Source of the DNA: Balanoglossus misakiensis
Taxonomy: Eukaryota; Animalia; Hemichordata
Direction of reading: 5' to 3'
DNA length: 64,000 nt
Assembly: GCA_040954595.2 (NCBI GenBank)
Contig: CM082584.2
Location: forward strand, 4,654,110-4,718,109
Shown here: positions 52,566-64,000 of the stretch, in pieces
How positions within the stretch are numbered: the stretch's first letter is position 1
Layout of the letters: each line of letters opens with the position of its first letter
Translations under genes and position numbers: made by a program
Notes under the pieces: model-generated
The model's input: only the letters and a program-made list of their open reading frames with translations
What the model was told of the DNA's origin: nothing
The model's database searches: none

Positions 52566-55500
52566 TTAACATAATGACTTCTTCAAATACCGATTCGGAG
52601 TTTTATACAAATGAAAGCAGTATACCCGACAGACTTGGATATAAATTTTCAGATGCACTATACATGCCCGCCTTTTTTTTTAACTCTGACGTCACTGCAG
52701 TAGAATCCTGCTTGCCGTCGGTATATACCCTTCAAAAACCAGCCTTCGCCGGGGTCAATTTGAGGTCAATTAGCGAATACTTTAACATGTAATCAAGTTT
52801 ACCACGGGATTCAATTAAAGAATGCCTTCGAGTCTTTTGGATTCTCTGCCCTCCCTAAATCTATACTTGCCATCACAATAGGAGATTTTGGAGATTGTAT
52901 TTTCCCAGTGATATAGAGCTTGATTACCGTGTGTTTATTAGTTAATGTATTGCCTATAGTCACAACCACAGCGCTATGCAGACTTGAATTTCCTACCGCA
53001 TTATTTGTTTGCTTGTATTCGTCTTTATGTGCTTACTAGGCCTATAGTATATCTCAAAATGTGCAGTAATATTATGAATTTAACTGTAAAGTAACCGCAA
53101 TATATAATACTGCATATGTAACTCTGCCTGTTCGAAAACGACACAATAATTACATTGTTTGGAATTGGACGGTGAAGCTGTATTTTTGTATTTCCCAAAC
53201 CCATTCTACGTTCCCGTCCGCCATATTGCCTTTGACATTGTTGTTATTCCAATCCTGACTTGCAAATCATAATTATTTATTTGTTGAAAGCTAAGTTGTA
53301 CGTTGTCGCTGATGATTGATAACTTGCCTGAAGTCACAATTCAGTCAGCATTTTAAGTGAGTTGCGTTTTATTTCACACGCATCGGAAAAATGCAAGAGA
53401 TACAGTTAAGAGGGCTTTAAAGGATTTCAAATTATATTAATAAAAACAAAACGCTCTCGTCCGCGTAATCTCCTCATTATGAATATTTCAACAAATTCGT
53501 ATAGCTATTGGGAAGTTGCTAAGTCCGCAGTGGTTTTCACCACGGTCACCAATCAATCGCACGCAGTAATCAGTTCCGCTCACAGCAAAAATTGAACACT
53601 GCACTGGTGCTTGTATTAGGTCATGACTGTGAACGTCATCCAATTTTGTTGGTCAGAGTTCTTGTGGAACGTGGTACATTTCACTAGCAATATCGGCCAG
53701 TGTGCTATAGTTTCTATTCAGTAGTAATAGGCCCTCAGCGCAGTATAATATGAAAATTTATGACAGTATAATTACTGACAGGAAAAGACAATATATAGTA
53801 CATTCAAACTAGCAATCTCAGCCAGGTCATACGGACAAAGTTGACACCCGAAAATTGAAGAATGCTACTGCTGATTAAAGCATGTGTTATATTTTAACAT
53901 ACCCTTTAAAATAGAGTGCCGAAAAAACCTCCAGGAGTAATGGATGAAACGCCGGTAGCCCCTCAGGCATTTTTGACATTACCGATATGACACGAATCAG
54001 ACACCGATTTACAACAAAGAGAGTTCGTGATTTTATGCGATTAGGAATGAACGATGCTGTGTGTCGGCCACTGTCAGATTGAACCGTCAATTGACAATTT
54101 GTATCGGTGCACAGCGGTGGCATGAGGATATACGTATACACACATTGACTTTTAGGGTCGCACAGCGGGAGACTTCATCACGTGGTTTCAGTTTGAGCAT
54201 TTCGAAAAAAAATAATGATATGCGTAACTGCACGTAAAATAGAAAATTCTCACTGCGAGTAAATATGGCCACCAAAGCCCATACGGCTGCGGGTTAATTT
54301 ATGATGGGAGCAATCTCCATGGAAACTCGCGGCGGTAATATCAGCCTCTGCGATAACGCTAACTTTGACGACAACGGATGTCTACGTCGATCTGCATTAG
54401 CAATAAATCTTCGAGGATTTGGAGGGTGACATAAACACCTCTTTGAGCAAATACAGGAAACAGAAAAAGCGCAAAGTATAATTTCCGTCATCTCACGTTA
54501 CACCATAGTTTGCAATATGGAACTTGAAGACTGCAGTGGCAGCATGTGTCTAAGCCAAATTTGGTTCAATGTAACCGCAGTTGTGTGTTGATTGTACCAC
54601 AGGTATCCGTCGAAGAAACGAGGACTGATTTGCCGATCTCTTGGGACTAATTCTAAGATTTACTATTAAAAGAATGATAACCACTTTCCCCCGGGAATAG
54701 TGATGCTCTGTGCAGGTAATAAGGCAGGTCATCGACAACAGTGAATTCCTCCGCCGAGGTTACATATTCTTCAAAGTAACACCCACAGCTGGAGCTGTGT
54801 CGATGATATAAAGAAAATCCCGTGGATCCGGCGTCTGCTGTCATAAAACATGACCTGACGGAGAGTTATGACTGTATATATAGCTATGCGTACTGGAAGT
54901 ACGCACGATTCTACACTTCCATGGCAGACTGCATATTTTCTGAACAAACACTCACCCAGAACAGCGCATTTTGCTCAACGACATACGGTTAGTCTCGTCG
55001 CCCGAAAAGCAATGTGGTCTGTATGTAAATACTGTGATGCCAATCTCTGAAAATTCTCAACGCGCAGTGAAAATTCAGAGCATACGCGTCATGAATGGTG
55101 TTTCACAGCTAGCATGTGGGTTCTTATATTCTCTGCCGTGTTGACATGGCAACATGACACCAAACATGAAAGGCAGAGTTAATTAAAAGGATCCTGAGAC
55201 ATTCTGAATAATTTAATTTCCGGAACGAGAAGGTGTAAGAGCTCATGCAGATACATGGTTGTGGTACGGCGGCACAAGCGATCCGTCGGCATTTAAGTTA
55301 GGCAGAATTCGTCCTCTGTCATTATCACAGCAGATACATTGAGGGTAATTTGAAATTCCGTGTGCACTTTTTGGGACATCGGAGTGTATATATTGCTATT
55401 TGGAGACAATCCTGAATTTCCAGGAAAATGTAGAAAGTGCAACGTAAAATTCCATGAAAATGAGTTCACGTACAAAGAAATATGAGTCTGTGAGTGCTGG

Positions 55501-56081
55501 GGTGAACATGGAGTACTTGGTATTGGCTTTTGCTTTGTGCGTTGTCATTGTTCGTGTAGCGGGTAATTGGACTTGAATATACCTGTAGATGGCCCAGCAA
55601 AAAGTCGATATGTGCTATCGCGCTTCTTCCTTACCTGTGATTCAACCTTGTTGTTTAATCATACCCCCCGGCCACGAGAGCTGAAATGCTCTGGCTTGAG
55701 GACATTGAGTTGAGTAGCTTACGTTCTAAAACTGCGAATGTCTGATCAAGAAGGACTCAGCGACGTACACAAGAAATACGCACCAGACGTGTATTTTAAA
55801 ATACTGCAACCGGTATATTCTCCCACCAATCTATTCAATAATGCTTACACGCGGCATGTTAATAATGCATATGCATTGCATTCATTTTGTTATTAAGATA
55901 TACCAATTTTATGACGAATTTAGAAACATCAGCTGCGTGCTGTGTCACGCTTTCCCCATATTATAAACGTTTGCAACAGAGTGGTGTGATTCTGGTACAA
56001 GCTGTATATGCGCGGTGGCCTTGTTCAGTTGTTGTATTTTTAATAAACATACCAGTAAGTTATTAACGACTAAGCCCTTAC

Positions 56082-56471
56082 CTCGTCAGACAGTACGGCA
56101 TAGCGGCTCCCAAAGCCTATAATCGGCACACCGATAAAAGATCCGACAATAGAGAGAGTGAACGTGGTGACATCATCAGATCGAGTCAATATCACAGAAA
56201 CACCGTTGTGTACAACGCTGTCACATATTTCAACAATTGTCTTCTCCGGATTTTTGGAGCTGTACGCTATGTACTCACGGAGCGTGATGTTTGGATAGCG
56301 AACGTGATCGTTTCTGACATCCAGTACGGCCTGCTCCAGCGCATCCTCGTATTCGTAGTGTTCCTCTTGAAACAAGGCACCCAGCCGAATTTCCATGCGA
56401 TTGCCGCAAATGACAGCGGTCACGTAAAAAAGACACAGCAAAGTGACATGGCTCCGTTTCCAGCGCAACAT
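56082..56471 (-). CDS. GRIN3: NMDA receptor subunit GluN3-like, coding exon 1 (signal peptide and start of amino-terminal domain)
   Basis: ATG at 56471. Hydrophobic signal peptide MLRWKRSHVTLLCLFYVTAVICG, then ATD-like IRLGALF...ICDSVVHNGVSVIL...FIGVPIIG. Donor GAG|GTAAGG at 56081; 390 nt, phase 0. Joins exon 2 as AVLSDE|EIHPMYLRMDPP, resembling the NMDAR ATD motif SDKxIHxxFLRTVPP. Confidence 0.88.
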
Positions 56472-56906
56472 CGTGATCCCGAAGGTAGAAGAGCTTGATT
56501 CTGAGGGAAATTTTGGACGAAAGAACAGCCGAATACGCGAGACGAGGGTAATGGGTTTAGCAGGTTAGAATTGGCGCGATAGTCTGGTAGATATAACCGT
56601 GAGTGAGGCATAGCCTTTTACGCGGCGGAGAGACCTCTATACACTCATACATTACGTTGACAGCATATGTGTAAGCATATTGCCGCTGCAGCATATCGTG
56701 CATACACCCAGACTTCTGTATATGGTCAAATGTTTTCAGACATTACCGACTTTGCTGAAACTGTACATTTCGTAATATAGCCGTCGGTTCCAATTTTCTC
56801 TTGGCGCCAAATCGCTAGTTCTCTCCTCTGCCAGGTTTCACAAACGACTTTGGACGGCGAAGAACCGCGTACTTCATGTAAATTATGCAAGAGAGTAGAC
56901 TCTCAC

Positions 56907-57240
56907 TTTAACATCCATTGAGGTGGATCTCCTTCAGAAAGTATCTTTTCCCGAGTTGGCAACCGCTCCCATGGTAACCAGGTGTCCTTCCTTTTTCTTC
57001 TAGTCCGAACGTCCGTTGTAGAAACTGTTGGTAGGTGATAAAGTAATAAAACAACCGACTACTTTTCCACTCCTCTATTAAACACGTTTCAATTTCAGGT
57101 GGGAACTCGATTGTGGAACAGATTGCATTTGTCAACTAAGTTAAGGGGGTTTTCATTCTGATGATCACACTGCGGGCCCATAGCGATAACACACCAATGA
57201 TTGGACATCAGGTGCTATTCATATGCAAATAATAACTTTA
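56907..57240 (-). promoter_or_regulatory. Possible GluN3 5' non-coding exon and proximal promoter
   Basis: Candidate minus-strand donor AAA|GTGAGA at 56906 and acceptor ctaccag at 56584. CCAAT/ATTGG pair at 57194-57204 and octamer ATGCAAAT at 57223-57230. Motif-level evidence only. Confidence 0.3.
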
Positions 57241-60200
57241 AATACCTTGTATCGGTATTGAGCAGCTGGAGACAGTGTGATTGGTAAACGCGCCAAATAA
57301 AGCGTACAGGGCACTGTCATATTTTTATAAACGAAGATAAGCGCAATATGGAATTTTTGATGCGAATCGCAGATTACCAGAGATTATTTGATAGATATAG
57401 TTGACATCCCAGAATTGTGTACAATCGAATAGTACCGTGGCGACCGCTTAAACGATGGAAAGGCCATTGACTATCGCAAATAGATCATCACGTCAAAAAC
57501 CATCTATTCCTCTAACGAATTTCGCACATTAATGTCTCAATAATATAGCCAACGGTCATGAATACAGATTGATTTTAACCTTTTCCAAAAATCGACTTCT
57601 TTCCGCAATATTCGCATGGTTGAATAACAATCCAATTGCTTTTACCCCCATGGGGAATGACACGCATGCGCTGAAGGTGTAAGCGAAATCCCCTGATGGA
57701 CTAAATGATACCGCGTCATCGATCCATTTTGTCAGTCGTATCCTTTCACCTTATTTCAGATTTCCATAGCGACCGACCTCTTATCTTTTATAAGCAAATA
57801 AAAGTGTTTTAGGGTTGGCAGATCTTGACGTAAAGCTAACATTTGCACAGTCCACGTTCCCTTAAAAGGAAGGTTTGCATGTAGTGCTAGTTACATGATT
57901 TGTTTCATGGCCAGTTCTATGCAATTTCGGCCATATAAATAGCAATTTGATTCCATGCGGCGCTATAAACACCAATTTCATCATTTCCCTGTTGCTCTGA
58001 TAGAACACCGTTGGAAAACCTCGTTGATGAACGAGGAAGCAGAGGAAAACGCAGTTTCAATTTTAAGAGAGACTTACTGTGATCTACAAATACGATAAAA
58101 GTCTACACTTTTTTTCTATTCAAAATAAATGAAGCACAGTGCCTACCACGATCACGATCAAAGTTCAAAGTTCAAACCAAAATGGTTGTGCAGAAGCGTT
58201 TACATTGTATGTACGCCTATCAAGATCAACTGATCTCATTATAGCCATTAAACCGGGTAATCCGTTGGAATCATTTTGAAAAGTAATAAAACAACCACTA
58301 TAGATAAACGTCGAAGTGCTTTTAGATTTAATCCATCCACGTTATCAATTACAGGCTACCACATCTTACCACAACAATTTTAATTCTCAGAACGTTCATT
58401 TCGCCTAGTTAAAAAGAAATAAGGAAAATTTTGAATTCACACAACAAGAAATATTTTAAAAGTTCTTAACATGTGGAATGAACGAACACATTTGCACATT
58501 CACACATCCTGCCACTGGATATTAAGAAATACAAGAACTGATTCAAGTATTTGATTTCGAGCCTACCAGTGACAAATCTGAGGCAGCAGGCTTCATATCA
58601 TAACGGTGCACAATTAACACCAGTAAGTTATCACTGCAAAAAAATGTTTGTACGTTTTTTACATTACAGCTCTTCTGTAATATATCTTTTGGTTCATTCG
58701 TGTGCTGAAACTGTATCATCTTGATAATGCAACAGAGTTCAGGTCGGTCACTGCACTTCTCTGATGTACAAGACTACCCATTCGGTTTCAGACTCCTAAC
58801 GCGAACATGGCGATAAACAGCGCCGCCATCTCGCAGACTGGTTGATTACTTTTCTTCACAGACAAACTGGCCACGGCCATTCAACGCTCCAATTCATTTG
58901 ATCATGTTTGCTATTGTGACCATTTCGATAAACCCCACTTCACGAGGCATTTCCCCGGTATGGCACACTACACAGTCCTAACGAAATCATGATTAGGCCT
59001 ATCCCATTGGTGAGCAGACAGGTGGTACGATTTCACTGATCATAGTCTACATCACTAGACTAGAATTTGTCGGTCGTGGCGCTCTCTACCACCCCTCAAT
59101 CAACATATGCCATATCTTTCCTTTTTATAGATGTTTAACTGTTTGTCATTTTATAATGGACGTTTTAGGCAAATTGTTTTTTTTCGTAAAGCACATAAAG
59201 GCTTTTCAGCATAATGCGCTGATAAGAACTATGTTATTGTTATGCCGGGAAGTAACTGTACTCCATTGAGACATTTATACATTTAAATTTTTTATTGCAA
59301 TATTTCACTTTTTTTAATTGCGGGATATTTTTTTTAATTTTTGGCCATTTTGTCATAAATAAGTATTTTGTTGATATACCATCAGGCAATATGATTAATA
59401 GACGGAATTAAGACTTAAAGCATATCCGAGATAATGAAAGCTTATTTTTATCGCTCATTGGTCTTGAAAAAAAGGATAATTTGCTAAGTATGTGTTGGCC
59501 TATATTTAATTTAAAATATGAAATTTATCGAAACCTATTAGGTTAAAAACCTCGATTAACGAGCAAAGCTGGTTAAATCTTTTACACCAAACGATATACT
59601 ACAGTCTTATATAACTAAGTTGCGATGGACCTGTAGTCTGTAAAGATATAATATTATGTTGTGGACTTGTGGTTCACTTACGTTTGCGGAACTTTGCAAT
59701 ACCTGGCCGTTTTATACCAAAATGCCATTCAAGTTGTTACAACCATGACATGAAGTCGGGTATTTTCACAATTTACGTTAGTACTATACTGGACTACTTT
59801 TATTGTAGACAACATCCATATTTTAAAGTTATTTATGACATTGTGTTTGATTTAAATTTGGATATGAGTTGGCGGTTCAAGATACTGTTTGAAAGAAGAG
59901 AGGCCGACATGCATGATGTGCCTTATCTGCCCCTCAGGTTTCCTCATGCTGTCTTCCCTGTTCATTAATGGTAAAATCCTATTCCGTAATGGCGGCGATT
60001 GTAAAAGGAGTACATGTACCTGCAGATAAATTTGTGGCCAGCATTATTTTCCGACTTTTCTCCTGCCAAGTTAAGGATTTTAACAACTAGCTATGGTAAG
60101 TTGATAGTGAGCATCGTGATAATTTCTCCAAAACTGAATAGTTGCGTTAAACAGTGACAGTACATGTAGCCAGCTGGAAGCGAGAGCAAATATTCGTACA

Positions 60201-61033
60201 CAGAGGTCATAGGTCATATCTACGTGGATATGACATGAATGATGATGTCGAGTTCACAGAGGTTGCGAAAGGTTTCCATACCTTAGCAATTTTCTAAAGT
60301 CCAATACCGACAAGCAATATTATGCCTGCACCTGCTTCATGCTGTACATGTGATTCTTCTATTGCGTAATGTCCTTGCTGCGGGTCCGTAACACTAGGGG
60401 GGGGGGGGGGTATAAGTGGACGGTATAGGGCTACGGACCCGTAGCAAGTAACACTACACACACAGGCGCGGGATTGACACTGACTGTAGCCTGATTCAAC
60501 ATGTGAAGAAGAATCAGGCTACAGTCAATGTGAATCCTGCGCCTGTGGCAAGTAACGTCAGGGTGGGTGCCAATATATTACATGTATAAGTTTATGACTT
60601 CTAAAAATAATAAAGCAGCCCTTTTGCATGATTAAAGGTTATCCCCTATTTCTTTTTAATTTGCAGGAGTTGTAGTACAATTATGGAGAAGAGCTTTTTG
60701 TAGGGGTGTGGAGGATGCTGGTCAACTCCCAGCCACTTCTTGAATAAACCCCAAGGGAGCAAGCGAGAGAGAGAGAGAGAGGCTCTGAATCCATTATGTA
60801 CTAGAAGACCATGGAAAGATTGAACTGATGGATGGCTTTTTCTCCAGTGTCATTCATATCACATGGTTATCAGTTCCGAGCTTCGACATCTGAAATACAG
60901 AGGACACATTTACAAACCTATTTTCAAAACTCTATTTTACTTATAAAGTATTACTACAGAATGTAAGGCGAACCCGAAACAGTCCGGAAACATACGAGGT
61001 CTTGAATTTGGATGATTATAATTCGATTGTGAA

Positions 61034-61357
61034 ATGGAGACTGTATTGGAGTGTGACTGTACACCCTGGTGTCGGTCAGTGCACCACGCCCAAGATTTGT
61101 TGGCCGTGGTCAGCCGAGGAAACCTGGCTGAAGTGAAAGCGCAGTTTAATCGCTGCTACAACTCCGACAACATCACTGACAGTTACGGAAGGAACGTCCT
61201 TCATGTGGCTGCATCCTGCTCGAAGTGGGAGATTGTCGATTGGTTATTGACAGAGAGGAAACTGGACGCAAACGTCAGAGATTTAGAATCTTGGTGGACA
61301 CCGCTGCATAGGAGTGTTTTCTATGGACAGATAACCAATGCTTTGCACCTTATTCAT
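61034..61357 (+). CDS. IBTK: Inhibitor of Bruton tyrosine kinase, exon 1 (ankyrin repeats)
   Basis: DCTPWCRSVHHAQDLLAVVSRG...YGRNVLHVAASC...DLESWWTPLHRSVFYG matches the recalled IBTK N-terminus. Donor CAT|gtaagt; 324 nt. Confidence 0.95.
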
Positions 61358-61753
61358 GTAAGTATTTTTGTGTATGAAGCATACTCATTATGCCTCACAT
61401 CACAGGGGGCTGCAAACATTAAAGTTATGAATGGCGGAGTTCTGATCTGCATTTTCCCCACCTGTCTTATCACTTGCTAATCCAGAATAAAAGGTATCAC
61501 ATTTCCCATTAAGCACCTGCTAATGACTTACTCTGTGTGTCCCATCCACGGATTAAGTTGATAAAGTAAACATCAGTCAGCCAGTACTGGGTATCTGACG
61601 GATGTTTACTTAATCCACTTAATATAATAAACTGATGATAGCTAGTTTTTCATGTTGATATGTTGAAATTGTGTCTACATTAACAAGTGATAGCTTGTAA
61701 GTATACAGCTTTGATGTTCACAAATTGATAACCATTCTTTGGTTTGCCTATAG

Positions 61754-61975
61754 CATGGAGCCAGTCTGACCATACAAGACAAAGAAGCACTAACCGCATT
61801 GGATATTGTGCGAAAAGACAGGCCAGAATATGTGACCTTCTCATCTGCTGGTCCTACAGATGTGTACACTTGGGGAACGAACACTAATTTTACATTAGGA
61901 CATAGCAGTCAGCAAAGTAGGAACCATCCAGATCTTGTTGAAGAGTTGGCAAAGAAGAAAATCAGTGTCAAACAG
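61754..61975 (+). CDS. IBTK: IBTK exon 2 (end of ankyrin region, first RCC1 repeat)
   Basis: tag|CAT...CAG|gtaat; HGASLTIQDKE...PTDVYTWGTNTNFTLGH...ISVKQ. Confidence 0.95.
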
Positions 61976-62116
61976 GTAATTGTTAAGATGGAGATGTAAC
62001 AAGGGTGATGTTACATCAATGATTGGGTTATTTAAACCTGAGTGTACCACCACTGGAGTGTTGACTTTGACCTGAAATACATAATAATAAAGGCTGTTAC
62101 TGTAACAGTAAAATTA

Positions 62117-62313
62117 CTGTAAAACGGGTTATTTTCACGACAGGAAATTTTCACAATATTAAAAGGGCCAACTGCTACGTGAGGATCAATTTTCACGTTC
62201 TCGAATTCGTTATCTCCGAAAAAACATTTTATGAAACTTTTTATTTTCAGTTTTTTTTGGCTCTCACGTATTTCGCGAAAATGTATTGCTCGCGGAAATA
62301 ACCCGTTTTACAG
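62117..62313. mobile_element. TA-flanked MITE in IBTK intron 2
   Basis: TA|CTGTAAAACGGGTTATTT ... AAATAACCCGTTTTACAG|TA. Confidence 0.8.
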
Positions 62314-62548
62314 TATCTGTCGTGAAAATGTGATCTCAATTTTGGCCTTGGTTGCACTCCATACACAGCTGGTCATCCATGGACCATAATTGTCTAGATT
62401 CCCCCAGACTCCTTGCTGGCAGAAGTTTTCAACACAGTAGAGGTCTGAGATGAGGGACTATGGTTTGAGTAATCAGCATTTGTCTTTAGTAGCAGTTGTG
62501 GAAGATGACCTACAGGTGCATGACCTTTGACCTCTCTCTGCATTCCAG

Positions 62549-62745
62549 GTCATTGTTTGCAAGTATCACAGTGTATTTCTGACTCATGATGGTAAAGTGT
62601 ACACTTGTGGTCATGGTCAAGGTGGCCGACTTGGACACGGAAATGAACAGACCTATCTGACACCTCACGTCGTGCAAGCGTTAGCTGATATGAAATGTGA
62701 ACAGATAACAGCTGCTAGAGATCATACTGTCATATTGACTGAAGG
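62549..62745 (+). CDS. IBTK: IBTK exon 3 (RCC1 repeat)
   Basis: ccag|GTC...GG|gtaag; VIVCKYHSVFLTHDGKVYTCGHGQGGRLGHG...AARDHTVILTEG. Confidence 0.95.
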
Positions 62746-63250
62746 GTAAGATGCCTTTCAAGCATTTTTTGCTTCACTCATATTCTCCTTTAGACTGTAG
62801 AACTGTGATGGGGATAATAATCCAAATATACTGTGTTTACCATTTATTCATTTTGGCGAGATTTTCACTCTCATTTCCTACAAATGGGATGGAAGTTGTG
62901 TGTGGTCGAATGTTGATTCAGTATATATCCACATGTAGAATAACATAAATAGTGTATCGTATCAAACATAAATAATGGAAAAAGGGCAACGAGAGATAAA
63001 CTTTGTCCCTTTAAGCATGGAATATATCAGTATGCAGAAGGCAGGAACCTGTACAAGTAGTAATACCTGCTTCATTTGTGGTAGCATTTTGCAACTTGTA
63101 ATAATATCTGCTAGTATTTAGCAGGGTTTTCTATGAACCATCAATAAAACAATATAATATTTATTATGTTACTCTGTATTACAAATAACAATTGTCGTTA
63201 TAGAATACCATACTTTTATAAAGTTATCCATTTCACTCTGATTCCAACAG

Positions 63251-63453
63251 AGGCGTTGTGTATTCCTGTGGATTCAACTCATGCCATCAACTCGGACAGT
63301 CTCCCCTTGGATTCAAATGTGTTACTCCAAAACCGATCCTCACCAAGCTTTTGAAAGGCAAAGTCATAACGGGCATCAAAGCATGTAGATTCCATACGGT
63401 TCTTTTCTCTGGGGATTCAGTTTTCACATTTGGACTGAACGCAGGACAGTTAG
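63251..63453 (+). CDS. IBTK: IBTK exon 4 (RCC1 repeat)
   Basis: caacag|A...G|gtaagt; GVVYSCGFNSCHQLG...ACRFHTVLFSGDSVFTFGLNAGQL. Confidence 0.93.
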
Positions 63454-63963
63454 GTAAGTCTACTCTAAACAGTTTTTACCTCAGTGTATTCACACACATG
63501 GGGTAATGTCCTACTGATGTATATGTGTGTGTGTGTTTATTGACTTCTAGGAGGTAGTGAATGTGTTTCCATTTAGTAAAAGATAACATGTTGATGTTGT
63601 GAATAGGCAGGGGAAGTCTGCTCCAATGCATACTACCACCAGCACAGTATATGGTGGACAACTGGTAGCTGTCTGATATTAGATGGTTTATACAATGTAT
63701 ATTGGTAGAGCCTGGAATGTATTTGCTTGAAACTGTTGTTTTGAGACAAGCTGTAGTAACAAATGTAGAATTACTGTCAAACACGTCGGTAAGGCCAACA
63801 ATACAATGAGGTGACTATTGACTATATTCATTTTCTAGTCACATAATTAGCTCTGAGACTTTTAATTGTACTAGTCGGGAATTCCAAATTTCTCATCGTA
63901 GAAAACATCTTGTACACCTTGTGATCAGAAGTTTTTCAACTGAAGATATTTTGTATACAATAG

Positions 63964-64000
63964 GTTTCCCAGCTGGTGAGAAGTACGTCTCCTATCCTAA
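63964..64000 (+). CDS. IBTK: IBTK exon 5 (partial, runs off the window)
   Basis: aatag|GT in phase 1 gives GFPAGEKYVSYP (cf. IBTK GEKCVTAPR). Confidence 0.75.

Overview
This is eukaryotic (animal) genomic DNA, AT-rich and spliced, most likely from an invertebrate bilaterian or deuterostome (taxon is inference only). The minus strand carries an NMDA-receptor subunit gene of the GluN3 type. Five coding exons are visible (56471 down to 723), the first coding intron is about 50.4 kb, and the M4 and C-terminal exon(s) lie off the left edge. The plus strand at the right end carries the first five exons of IBTK, head-to-head with GluN3. The large intron contains many non-autonomous DNA transposons (Harbinger-, Kolobok-, AcademH- and P-like), microsatellites and a LINE relic. 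The most unusual feature is a 9.7-kb segment (31880-41605) bounded by CACTA/EnSpm-type terminal inverted repeats and subterminal motif clusters. It has no recognisable transposase. It contains an apparently intact, spliced two-Ig-domain type I membrane protein gene, preceded by two perfect heat-shock elements and a TATA box, and flanked by 180-bp and 188-bp tandem arrays and a duplicated Cys-rich exon-like segment. All calls come from manual reading and recalled family motifs; no database searches were run.
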